Position numbers and translations under genes: made by a program. Under the pieces are notes generated by a model. The model was not told where the DNA came from, searched no databases, and saw only the letters and a program-made list of their open reading frames with translations. Below, piece by piece: positions 1 through 8,954 of a stretch of DNA of 64,000 nt. The stretch is from Anaeromyxobacter sp. (lineage in GTDB: Bacteria > Myxococcota > Myxococcia > Myxococcales > Anaeromyxobacteraceae). The stretch spans positions 512,001-576,000 of the forward strand of contig JASGJN010000020.1 of assembly GCA_049840735.1 (NCBI GenBank), given 5' to 3'. Every line of letters begins with the position of its first letter. The first letter of the stretch is position 1.

Positions 1-47
1 GCAGCGGTCTGCAGCGTCAGCGGGAGGTGCGGTCTTCCAGATGGCAT
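1..47 (-). CDS. 5' end of a gene running off the window (MPSGRPHLPLTLQTAA...), product unknown
   Basis: ATG at 47 with a GGAG RBS upstream; sits downstream of a TTGACA element and a ROK-type operator. Only 15 codons are visible. Confidence 0.45.
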   Translation of the reverse strand, partial: MPSGRPHLPLTLQTA

Positions 48-106
48 CGGTCGCTCCGGGCGAGTCGAAGAGGGATGGGCCCGGCCGTGGAGCGGCCGAG
101 CATTAG

Positions 107-127
107 TTTGTTCGCCGTACGAACAAA
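107..127. promoter_or_regulatory. Palindromic ROK/XylR-type operator, copy 1 (TTTGTTCG-CCGTA-CGAACAAA)
   Basis: Perfect 8-bp inverted repeat with 5-bp spacer, AT-rich in a GC-rich background; near-identical copy at 12167-12187; TTGACA on the minus strand at 149-154. Confidence 0.75.
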
Positions 128-252
128 TGCCTCTCATTGGGGGTCACCTGTCAAGGCGGAACTGAACCTGAGCAAAGAAAGCCACTTGGCGCACACCCCG
201 GCGCACCTGAGCCGACCCGGGCGGCGCCCATGGCCGGCGAGCCGCTGGGCCG

Positions 253-2130
253 TCACCGCACTCCGCTCCAGGGCGTCATCAGGACGGAGTCGAAGTCGTT
301 GCCGTTGTAGACCATGCGCGGCGCCAGCCCGCCGATCGGCGTGAGCAGGAGCTTCAGCCGCTGCCCCTCGAGCCTCACCTCCGGCACGCCCACCAGCGTG
401 AACCAGGACAGGTGGTTGCCGCCGCCGGTCGCGTTCGTGTCGAGCTCGGCCGAGCCCAGGCGGACGGGGGCCCCGCCGTCCGCGGCGGTCACGAACACCT
501 CCGCCCTCACCACCGCCGCGCTGCCCGGGGACGTCGTGAAGACGCCGACAGACCAGGCGCCTTCGTCGTAGGTGCCGGTGAGCGGCGCGGAGTAGAACGC
601 CGCCGGCGCGGAGAGCTCCTTGATCGGCTGGAAGCCGGAGATCGTGCCCCTGGCCGGGTCGAGCGTCTCCGCGGCGGGGGTGACGCCGCCGGCGGCGGCG
701 CTGGACAGGTGCCAGGCCGTGGGCAGATCGGCGGCCTGGTCGCCGGAGGTGCTCTCGTTCGTGTAGACCCGCACGTAGTCGACCACGTACGTCTGCGGGA
801 ACTCGGTGGTCTCGTCCGCCCAGCCGCCCCACGCCCCGCCCACCGCCAGGTTCAGGAGGACGAACATCGGCCTCGAGAACTCCTCCATGTCCGCGGTGAC
901 GGCCCTCGAGCCGTAGGCGAGCCCATCCACCTTCCACGTGAAGCCGTGGGGCGTCCAGATCACCTCGTAGACGTGGAAGTCGTCCGAGAGCCGCTCCTGC
1001 AGCCGGTAGCCGAACGACGGCCCCGGGTTGCGGCCGCTGGCGTCCCGGTAGTGGAGCGTGCCGTGCGTGGTGAAGTCGCCGCTCCCGTCGGCCAGCCCGC
1101 CGATCATCTCCATCGCGTCGATCTCCCCGCAGTCGGGCCAGGGCACGTCGCCGCCGTAGAGTCCCCAGGAGGCGCTGTTCGCGCCCAGCATCCAGAACGC
1201 GGGCCACAGGCCCTGGCCATACGGGAGCTTCGCGCGCACGGCGAACTTGCCGTAGGTGAAGGCGCGCTTCTGCGAGGTCTGGAGGCGCGCCGAGGTGTAG
1301 GGGGCGTCGCCGTACGCCTCCTCCCTGGCGGTGATGGTGAGGAGCCCGCCGCCCACCGTCGCGTTCTCCGCCCGGTAGTACTGCGACTCGCCGTTCCCCC
1401 ACCCGCCCGACCCGAGGTCGAAGGTCCAGCTGGAGGGGTCCACGGCGTCGCCGTCGAACTCGTCCGACCAGACCAGCGCCCAGCCGGCGCCCGGATCGTA
1501 TCCGCCGGCCGCGGCCGTCACCTCCACCGCCACGCTGTCGGTCAGGACGCCCACCGAGGCGGTCACGGTCGCAGCGCCCGGGGCCACGCCGGTGAGGAGC
1601 CCCGCGGCGCTCACGCCCACCACCGCCGGCGCGCTGCTCTGCCAGGTCACGCCCGTCGTCAGGGGCGCCACGCTCGCGTCGCTGTACGTCCCGGTGACCG
1701 CCAGCAGCCGGGACTGCCCGGCGGGGATCTCGATCGAGCCCACCTCCACGGCGATGGCGGTCAGGGTCACCTCGGTGACCGTGACCTCCACCGCCACCTC
1801 GTGGCCCGCCGCCGAGGCCGTCACCGTCGCCCGCCCCGGCGAGACGCCGCTGATCACGCCGGCGGCGGTCACGCTGGCCCGCGCCGCGTCGGAGCTGCCG
1901 AAGGTGAGGCCGGTGGTGACGGGCCGGCTGGCCCCGTCGGAGAAGGTCCCGGTGACGAGCAGCGCCTGGCTCGCGCCGACCTGGAGGGACACGCGCGAGG
2001 GCGAAGCCTGGAGCCCGGCCAGGCTCGGCGTCCCCCCGCCGCCATCCCCGGCGCAGGCCGTGACCAGCCCGGCGAGGAGCACGAGCAGCGCTGCGGCGAT
2101 CCGATGAAGACGGCACGTCGTCCGGTCCAT
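253..2130 (-). CDS. Lipoprotein GH16 endo-beta-1,3-glucanase (laminarinase-like) with two Ig-like Big_2 domains and a C-terminal beta-sandwich
   Basis: Lipobox LVTAC; two Big_2-like repeats (VTGTFSD / VTGTYSD...WQSS); LVWSDEFDG, GGWGNGESQYY, WPAFWMLG and the catalytic EIDAME motif. Confidence 0.9.
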   Translation of the reverse strand: MDRTTCRLHRIAAALLVLLAGLVTACAGDGGGGTPSLAGLQASPSRVSLQVGASQALLVTGTFSDGASRPVTTGLTFGSSDAARASVTAAGVISGVSPGRATVTASAAGHEVAVEVTVTEVTLTAIAVEVGSIEIPAGQSRLLAVTGTYSDASVAPLTTGVTWQSSAPAVVGVSAAGLLTGVAPGAATVTASVGVLTDSVAVEVTAAAGGYDPGAGWALVWSDEFDGDAVDPSSWTFDLGSGGWGNGESQYYRAENATVGGGLLTITAREEAYGDAPYTSARLQTSQKRAFTYGKFAVRAKLPYGQGLWPAFWMLGANSASWGLYGGDVPWPDCGEIDAMEMIGGLADGSGDFTTHGTLHYRDASGRNPGPSFGYRLQERLSDDFHVYEVIWTPHGFTWKVDGLAYGSRAVTADMEEFSRPMFVLLNLAVGGAWGGWADETTEFPQTYVVDYVRVYTNESTSGDQAADLPTAWHLSSAAAGGVTPAAETLDPARGTISGFQPIKELSAPAAFYSAPLTGTYDEGAWSVGVFTTSPGSAAVVRAEVFVTAADGGAPVRLGSAELDTNATGGGNHLSWFTLVGVPEVRLEGQRLKLLLTPIGGLAPRMVYNGNDFDSVLMTPWSGVR

Positions 2131-2231
2131 GTTCGACCTCGGCTGCGGCGGGTGCCGCGCGGTTGCAGGACTCCAGGTCCCGGCGCCCAGGGCGCCGGGG
2201 GATGGCGGCTCGAGGGCGGCCGGCGTGGCGG

Positions 2232-3185
2232 CTAGGGGGCCTTGTGGCAGGCCACCTGGCGCTCCTGGCCGAGCGCCCGCACCTGCGGCGAGCACTCAGC
2301 GCAGGCCTCGCCCCGCTGATCGCAGCGCGGGTGGAAGCGGCAGCCCGCGGGCGGGGCGCGCAGGTTGGGTGGGACGCCGGGGATGCTCCCCAGGGCCCCG
2401 TCGTCGAGCCGCGGGAAGGCGCGCAGCAGCCCCTGCGTGTACGGGTGGAGCGGGCGCTCCCGCAGGGCCGCGGCCGGCCCCACCTCGACCAGCTGCGCCG
2501 CGTAGAAGACCGCCACGCGGTCGGAGATCTCCAGCATCCGCGCCAGGTCGTGCGAGATGAACAGGACCGAGAACCCCAGCCGCCGCCGCAGCTCCAGCAG
2601 CTGGTCGAGGATCTCCCGCTCCACGATCACGTCCAGCGCGGTGGTGGGCTCGTCCAGGATCACCAGCGCCGGGTCCAGCGCCAGCGCCAGCGCGATCCCG
2701 ACCCGCTGGCGCATGCCGCCGGAGAGCTGGTGCGGGAAGGCGTCCAGCCGGTCGCCGGAGATGTGGACCAGCGCCAGCAGCTCGCGCGCCCGCTCGCCGG
2801 CCTCGCGGCGCCCCATGGGCCGGTGGGCCTGCAGCGCGTCCACCAGCTGCTCGCGCACCGACAGCACCGGGTTGAGCGCGTCCATGGCGCTCTGGAAGAC
2901 CATGGAGATCCGCGTCCAGCGCACCCGCCGCAGCCCCTCCTCGTCCAGGCCCAGCAGGTCCTGCCCCTCCAGCAGCACCTCGCCGCCCGAGATCACCGCC
3001 GGCGGCGGCAGGATGCGGAGCAGCGCCTGCGCGAAGGTGGACTTGCCGCTGCCGGACTCGCCGCAGACCCCCACCACCTCGCCGCGCCCCACCTCCAGCG
3101 AGACGCGGTCCACGGCCCGGACCGGCCCCTCCGGCGACAGGTAGTCGACGCAGAGGTCGCGGACGGAGAGCACGGGCTCAGCCAC
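2232..3185 (-). CDS. Opp/Dpp-type ABC transporter ATP-binding subunit
   Basis: GESGSGKS Walker A, FPHQLSGGMRQR signature, DEPTTALD, HPYT and the C-terminal GCRFHPRC motif. Confidence 0.95.
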   Translation of the reverse strand: MAEPVLSVRDLCVDYLSPEGPVRAVDRVSLEVGRGEVVGVCGESGSGKSTFAQALLRILPPPAVISGGEVLLEGQDLLGLDEEGLRRVRWTRISMVFQSAMDALNPVLSVREQLVDALQAHRPMGRREAGERARELLALVHISGDRLDAFPHQLSGGMRQRVGIALALALDPALVILDEPTTALDVIVEREILDQLLELRRRLGFSVLFISHDLARMLEISDRVAVFYAAQLVEVGPAAALRERPLHPYTQGLLRAFPRLDDGALGSIPGVPPNLRAPPAGCRFHPRCDQRGEACAECSPQVRALGQERQVACHKAP

Positions 3186-4140
3186 GGGACACCACCGGGG
3201 TGGAGCGCGGCGTGGCCAGCCCGGCGCGCCCCAGCGCGTCGCGCCAGGCGCGCTCCAGCTGGAGCCGCGGGTTGGTGATCTCGTCGAAGCCGGCGTTGAG
3301 CATGGTGAGCGCGAAGCCGACCAGCGCGATGCAGAGGCCGGTGGGCACGTAGGTCCACCAGGCGCCGGTGAGCAGCGCCGCGTCGTTGGCGGCCCAGTAG
3401 AGGTTGGTGCCCCAGGTGACGCTGGAGACGTCCCCCAGCCCCAGGAACTCCAGCCCCACCTGCGCGCCGATGGCGTAGACGGTCGAGCCGATCACCTGCG
3501 CCACCAGCAGGGACGTCATGTTGGGCAAGAGCTCGCGCAGCACGATCCGGATCCCCGGCTCGCCCGCCACCACCGCCGCCGCCACGAAGTCGCGCTTCTT
3601 GAGCGCCAGCGTCTGGGCCCGCAGCACGCGCGCGTTCCAGGCCCAGCCGGTCACGGTCAGCACCAGCGCCACCGTGGCGGGGCCGGCCGGCAGGTAGGCC
3701 GCGATCACGATGGCCAGCGGCAGGCCGGGGATGACCAGGAAGACGTTCACCAGCAGCGAGAGCGCGGTGTCGACCCTCCCGCCCACGTAGCCGGCGGTGA
3801 CGCCGATCACCGCCCCCACCAGCACCACCAGCCCGCCCACCAGGAACCCGAGCGCCAGCGAGGCCCGCGTCCCGGCCACCGCCTGGGCCAGCACGTCCTG
3901 GCCCTGCCCGGTGGTGCCCAGCCAGTGCGCCAGCGAGGGCGGCGAGTGTGGCACGCCCACCAGCGCCGCCGGCGAGGGCGCCAGCAGCGGCCCCAGCAGC
4001 CCCAGCAGGAGGAACACCGCCATGATGACCGCGCCGGCGGAGGCCTTGCGGTCGCGGCGCACGGCGTCCAGCCAGGCGCGCAGGCCCGTCAGGCGGGCGG
4101 CCTTGCGCGGTGCGCCGCGGGCGAGGAGCGGGAGCCTCAC
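3178..4140 (-). CDS. Opp/Dpp-type ABC permease (OppC/DppC-like)
   Basis: HWLGTTGQGQDV motif, EAA-like loop (DFVAAAVVAGE), multiple TM segments; GTG start overlaps the upstream TGA. Confidence 0.92.
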   Translation of the reverse strand: MRLPLLARGAPRKAARLTGLRAWLDAVRRDRKASAGAVIMAVFLLLGLLGPLLAPSPAALVGVPHSPPSLAHWLGTTGQGQDVLAQAVAGTRASLALGFLVGGLVVLVGAVIGVTAGYVGGRVDTALSLLVNVFLVIPGLPLAIVIAAYLPAGPATVALVLTVTGWAWNARVLRAQTLALKKRDFVAAAVVAGEPGIRIVLRELLPNMTSLLVAQVIGSTVYAIGAQVGLEFLGLGDVSSVTWGTNLYWAANDAALLTGAWWTYVPTGLCIALVGFALTMLNAGFDEITNPRLQLERAWRDALGRAGLATPRSTPVVSRG

Positions 4141-5120
4141 GGCGACACCTCCCGCGTGCGCGGGTCGAGCCAGAGGTACACGATGTCCACCAGCCAGTTC
4201 GCGCCCAGCACCGCCAGGGTGATGACCAGGAAGATGCCCTGCATGAGCGGGTAGTCCTGGTTGCGCACCGCCTGCACCAGGAGATAACCCTGCCCCGGGT
4301 AGCTGAAGACGATCTCGGTGAGCAGCGAGCCGCCCAGCACGAACCCCACCGCCATGCCGAAGCCGGTCACGCTGGGCAGGAGCGCGTTCCGCGCCGCGTA
4401 GCGCAGCATCACCCGGCGCGGCGCGAGCCCCTTGGCCCGGGCCAGCGTCACGTACTCCGACCCCAGCACGGCGATCATGGTGTTGCGCATGCCCAGCAGC
4501 CAGCCGCCCAGGGTCGCCAGCACCACCGTGGCCACCGGCAGCGCGGCGTGGCGGACCACGTCGGAGACGAAGAGCCAGGACCAGGCCGGGCTCAGGTCGT
4601 CGCCGTAGGCGTGGCCCAGGGGGAAGAGCTGCCAGTGGAAGCCCAGCAGGAAGAGCGCCACCATGGCCAGGAAGAAGTACGGGAACGCCCCCAGGAAGGC
4701 GAAGGCCGGCGGCAGCACGGCGTCGAGCCAGCCCCGCCGCCACCAGGCGGTGACCACGCCCAGCAGCGTGCCCAGCACGAAGCTCGTCACCAGCGCCGAG
4801 CCGGCCAGGAAGATGGTCCAGCCCAGGCCGGTGCCGATCACGCTCGAGACCGGCGCCGGGAAGTAGGCCACCGAGACGCCCATGTCGCCGCGCAGCACGT
4901 GGCCCAGGTAGGTGAGGTACTGCCGCCAGAGCGGCTCGTCGGTGAGCCCGAAGGCGGCGCGGAGCGCCCCCATGGCCTCCGGCTGCAGCTTGCCCTGGAA
5001 GCGGGCGAAGAGCGCGGTGGCCGGATCGCCGGGCATGAGCCGCGGCAGGAAGAAGTTGAGCGTCAGCGCGGCCCAGGCGGCCAGCGCGTAGAAGCCGAGC
5101 CGGCGGAGGAGGTAGTTCAT
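4137..5120 (-). CDS. Opp/Dpp-type ABC permease (OppB/DppB-like)
   Basis: LMPGDP, EYVTLARAKGL, EIVFSYPGQG, QDYPLMQG. Confidence 0.95.
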   Translation of the reverse strand: MNYLLRRLGFYALAAWAALTLNFFLPRLMPGDPATALFARFQGKLQPEAMGALRAAFGLTDEPLWRQYLTYLGHVLRGDMGVSVAYFPAPVSSVIGTGLGWTIFLAGSALVTSFVLGTLLGVVTAWWRRGWLDAVLPPAFAFLGAFPYFFLAMVALFLLGFHWQLFPLGHAYGDDLSPAWSWLFVSDVVRHAALPVATVVLATLGGWLLGMRNTMIAVLGSEYVTLARAKGLAPRRVMLRYAARNALLPSVTGFGMAVGFVLGGSLLTEIVFSYPGQGYLLVQAVRNQDYPLMQGIFLVITLAVLGANWLVDIVYLWLDPRTREVSP

Positions 5121-6785
5121 CGGTCACCCCCCGCCGGCCGCAGGTTCACCAGCACCAGCAGGCACTCGGGGATCTTGTTGGGCGAGGCGGCCGCGTAGGG
5201 ATCCTCGGCGCTGGGGAAGCCCTCCACCCGCTGCAGGTTGTAGGCGGCCCAGGACGGGTTGGGATAGAGCGGGATGGCGGGCGCCTGGTCGACGAAGATG
5301 GCCTCGAGCCGCTCCACCAGCGCGCGCTGCGCGGCCGGGTCGGCCTCGGTCTCGAAGGCGGCCAGCGCGCGGTCGGCCTCGGGGCTGCCGAAGCGGTGCC
5401 AGTTGCCGGCGGCGGCCACGCCCACCGGCCGCACCGTCGCGGAGCCCATCAGCCAGCGGTAGAAGCCGTACGGCGTCGGCCCCTCGTTGGACCACCCCAG
5501 CGACAGGTCGTACCGCCCCTCCTGCAGCCGCTGGAACCAGGCGCTGAAGTCGTAGGTCCGGACGCTCGCGTCCACCCCCACCTCGCGCAGCCCGCGCGCC
5601 ATCACCTGGGCGGCGCGCACCCAGTCCGACCAGCCGGAGACGGTGAGGATCTCGTAGGTGAGCGGCGTGCCGTCCGGCCGCCGGCGGATGCCGTCAGGCC
5701 CGCGCCCCAGCCCGGCCTCGTCCAGCAGCCGGTTGGCCTCGGCCACGTCGTGGTGGACCCAGGTGCCGCGCTCCACCAGCCCCGGGTCGCGCCAGCCGGC
5801 GTAGGCGTCGGAGAGCGCCGTGGCGTCGGCCGGGCGGCTGTAGCCGTAGAGCCCCACGTCGATCATCAGCTTGCGGTCGAGCGCCATGGAGAGCGCCTTG
5901 CGGACGCGGGCGTCGTCGAGCGGCGGGCGGGTGGTGTTGGGGTAGAGGAAGATGGTGCCGCCGATGAGCGGGAACCAGTAGCGGTGGTGGGCCGGATCCC
6001 GGGCCACGAAGGTCCGGTCGATGGCCGGCACGAAGTTGGCCGCCCAGTCCACCTCGCCGTAGACCAGCGCCAGGTTGGCGCGCTCGTTGGACGGGAGGGC
6101 CGGAAAGCGGAGCGCCTCGATGGCCGGCTTCCCCGGCTGCCAGTAGTGGGGGTTGCGCCCCAGCTCCCAGATTCTGGTTCTGGAAGACCCGCACCTGGGT
6201 GAACGGACCGGTGCCCACCGGGTCGGGGTTGGTGAACGTGACCGGGTCGGCCACCTTGCTCCAGACGTGCTCGGGCACGATGGGCCGGCCCACCAGCTCG
6301 TCGAAGCCGGGCAGGAACACCCGCTGGAAGGCGAAGTCCACGGTGCGGTCGTCCACCAGCCGCACGTCCTGGAGGAAGGCCCAGACGCCGCCGGAGTCCA
6401 GCGCCGGGAACCGCCGCATCAGCTGGTAGGTGAAGACCACGTCACGGGCGGTGAACGGAGCCCCGTCGGACCAGCGCACCCCCTCGCGGGTGGTGATGCG
6501 CACGACCCGGTTCCCCTCCCGCCACTCCCAGCGCTCCGCCAGCCAGGGCACCCGCTCGCCCTTGACGCTGTTGAAGACCACCAGCGGCTCGTGGATGCCG
6601 GCGGCGGTGGGCCAGGGGGCGCCGGCGCCGGGCGCGAGCGGGTTGAAGTTCCGGACCCAGGCCGAGGTCTGGTCCATCGAGATGGTGATCACGCCGCGTG
6701 GGGGCGGCGGCTTCTCGCGGACGCAGCCGGCGCCGAGGGCCAGGGCCAGCGCCGCGGCCGCCAGGCGGCGCGCGGCCGCGGTCAC
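5117..6785 (-). CDS. Family-5 solute-binding lipoprotein (probably oligosaccharide-binding); frameshift near 6172
   Basis: Signal/lipobox GAGC; NFNPL, WSDGAPFTARDVVFT and PVGTGPF in one frame; removing one base near 6172 gives QIWELGRNPHYWQPGKP, which continues into ORF 5117-6052. Confidence 0.88.
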
Positions 6786-7618
6786 GGCTGCACCTCGCGG
6801 TAGACGCGGACGTAGTCGACCACCATCGAGGTCGGGAACGCCGTCGCGCCGGCGGGCGCGCCCACGAAGTAGCCGCCCACCGCCACGTTCAGGATCACGA
6901 AGAACGGGTGGTCGTAGGCCCAGGCCGCGCCGCCAGGCTGGTCGCCCTTCTCGACCGTCTGGTACTCGCGCCCGTCCACCAGCCAGCGGATGCGCTGGGC
7001 GTCCCACTCCACGGCGTAGACGTGGAAGTCGGCGTCGAGCCGGGGCGAGCCCACCAGCGACCAGGAGCCGGTGATCGCCTCGCCGCCGGAGTAGCCCGGC
7101 CCGTGCAGCGAGCCGTGCACCACCTGCGGGAACTGGCCCTTGTACTCCAGGATGTCGATCTCGCCGCAGGCGGGCCAGCCGACCTGCGGCTGGTTCGCCC
7201 CCAGCAGCCAGAAGGCCGGCCAGAGCCCCTGCCCCGACGGCAGCTGCACCCGCGCCTCGAACCGGCCGTACTGCTGCGAGAAGCGGCCCTGGGTCTTGAG
7301 GCGCGCGGAGGTGTACGCGTTCCCCTGGTAGCTCTCGCGGCGCGCGGTGATGAGCAGGTGCCCCTCGCCGTCCAGCGCGGCGTTCTCGGCGCGATCGGTG
7401 TCGTACTCCAGCTGGGCGTTGCCCCAGCCGCCGCCGCCCACGTCGAAGGTCCAGCGGGACGGGTCCGGGAGCTCGCCGGCGGCGCCGTCGAACTCGTCCG
7501 ACCAGGCCAGCTCGTAGGTCTTCGGCACCGGCTCCTCCACGGGGCCGCCCCCGCACCGCCCCCAGCCGGCCAGCAGCGGGAGGAGGACCAGGGCCAGGGT
7601 GCGGACGCGGGGCGACAT
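6782..7618 (-). CDS. GH16 beta-1,3-glucanase (single catalytic domain, exported)
   Basis: AWSDEFDG, GGWGNAQLEY, YTSARLKT, WPAFWLLG, catalytic GEIDILE, ILNVAVGG; TGATG coupling to the ROK gene. Confidence 0.93.
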   Translation of the reverse strand: MSPRVRTLALVLLPLLAGWGRCGGGPVEEPVPKTYELAWSDEFDGAAGELPDPSRWTFDVGGGGWGNAQLEYDTDRAENAALDGEGHLLITARRESYQGNAYTSARLKTQGRFSQQYGRFEARVQLPSGQGLWPAFWLLGANQPQVGWPACGEIDILEYKGQFPQVVHGSLHGPGYSGGEAITGSWSLVGSPRLDADFHVYAVEWDAQRIRWLVDGREYQTVEKGDQPGGAAWAYDHPFFVILNVAVGGYFVGAPAGATAFPTSMVVDYVRVYREVQP

Positions 7619-8874
7619 CAGGACTCCAGGCGGCGGGGCGCCGCGAAGGGGAAGCGGGTCAGGTCGGCCAGCGCGGCCTCGAGGGCCAGCGTGGCGGCGC
7701 CCAGGGCGATGGCCCGGGCGCCGAGGGGGCTCGTGACGATGCGCGCGGCGGCCACGCTCGACACCAGCGTGCGTCCACGCACGGTGGCGCGCAGCGGCTC
7801 GAGCAGCGCCTCGCCCACGCGCGCCAGGCTCCCGCCCACGATCACCGCGGCGGGGTTGAGGAGGTTCAGGAGGCCGGCCACGGCGATGCCCAGGTGCCCG
7901 GCCGCGTCGCGCACCACGCGGAGCGCCAGCGGGTCGGCGGCCAGCGCCGCCTCCTCGATGCGGTCCAGGGAGAGCTCGCCGCGCGCGAGCAGGCTGCCCG
8001 GCGCCTCGGGCAGCAGCGCCGCCGCGCGCGCCACCAGCGCCTGCGCGCCGACCAGCGTGACCAGGCAGCCGCGCAGGCCACAGACGCACGGCGGGCCGTT
8101 GGGGTCGATGGCGAGGTGTCCGATCTCGCCGGCCACCCCGGTGGCGCCGCGGTAGATCTGCCCGCCGATGATCAGGCCCGAGCCGATGCCGGTGCCCAGC
8201 TTCACGTAGGCGACGTCCTGCACGCCCTGCCCTGCGCCCCACCAGCGCTCGGCCAGCGCGCCCAGGTTGGCGTCGTTGTCCACCAGCACCGGCACGCCGA
8301 ACCGCTCCTCCAGCGCCACGAAGCCGCCGCTGCCCTTCCAGGCCGGCAGCACCACGTCGGAGAGGCGGTCGGGATCGCGCGGATCGACCGGGGCCGGGAC
8401 CGCCACGCCAATCCCCACCAGCCGGTGCGGCCCCTGCCCCCAGCGCGCCAGGCACTCCTGGATGAGCGCCACGGCCAGGCTGCGGGTGCCCTCGGGGTCG
8501 GTGCGGACCGGATGCGCCCGGTCGGCCCAGGCCAGCACCTGGCCGCGCAGGTTGGTGAGGGCCACGCCGACGTGCGAGGCCCCGACGTCCACGCCCACCA
8601 GGCCGAACGCGTCGTCCTGGAACTGCAGCACGATGGGGCGCCGCCCGCGCACCGACTGCCCGGCCCCCACCTCCTGGACCAGGCCCGTGACGAGCAGCTC
8701 GTTCACGGTCTCGGACACGGTCGAGCGGGAGAGCTCCGTGCGCCGGGCGATCTCCGCCCGCGAGATGTTCCGCTCCGCCCAGATGAGCCGGAGGAGCGCC
8801 GCGGCGTGCGGCAGCCTGGGCGTCACCGCCGCCACCTCCACCGCCTCCGCCCCGCCCCTGCGCTGCCCCTGCAT
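7618..8874 (-). CDS. ROK-family transcriptional repressor (XylR/NagC-like)
   Basis: N-terminal HTH (ISRAEIARRTELSRSTVS), GRRP hinge, DNDAN, GEIGH...CVCGLRGC. Confidence 0.93.
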   Translation of the reverse strand: MQGQRRGGAEAVEVAAVTPRLPHAAALLRLIWAERNISRAEIARRTELSRSTVSETVNELLVTGLVQEVGAGQSVRGRRPIVLQFQDDAFGLVGVDVGASHVGVALTNLRGQVLAWADRAHPVRTDPEGTRSLAVALIQECLARWGQGPHRLVGIGVAVPAPVDPRDPDRLSDVVLPAWKGSGGFVALEERFGVPVLVDNDANLGALAERWWGAGQGVQDVAYVKLGTGIGSGLIIGGQIYRGATGVAGEIGHLAIDPNGPPCVCGLRGCLVTLVGAQALVARAAALLPEAPGSLLARGELSLDRIEEAALAADPLALRVVRDAAGHLGIAVAGLLNLLNPAAVIVGGSLARVGEALLEPLRATVRGRTLVSSVAAARIVTSPLGARAIALGAATLALEAALADLTRFPFAAPRRLES

Positions 8875-8954
8875 GTGCGCCTCCGGTCTGCCCAGGCCTG
8901 CGTGGACCGGGCGGCGCCGCAGCGGCCGCCGCCCGGTCCCGAGCTGCTACGTGA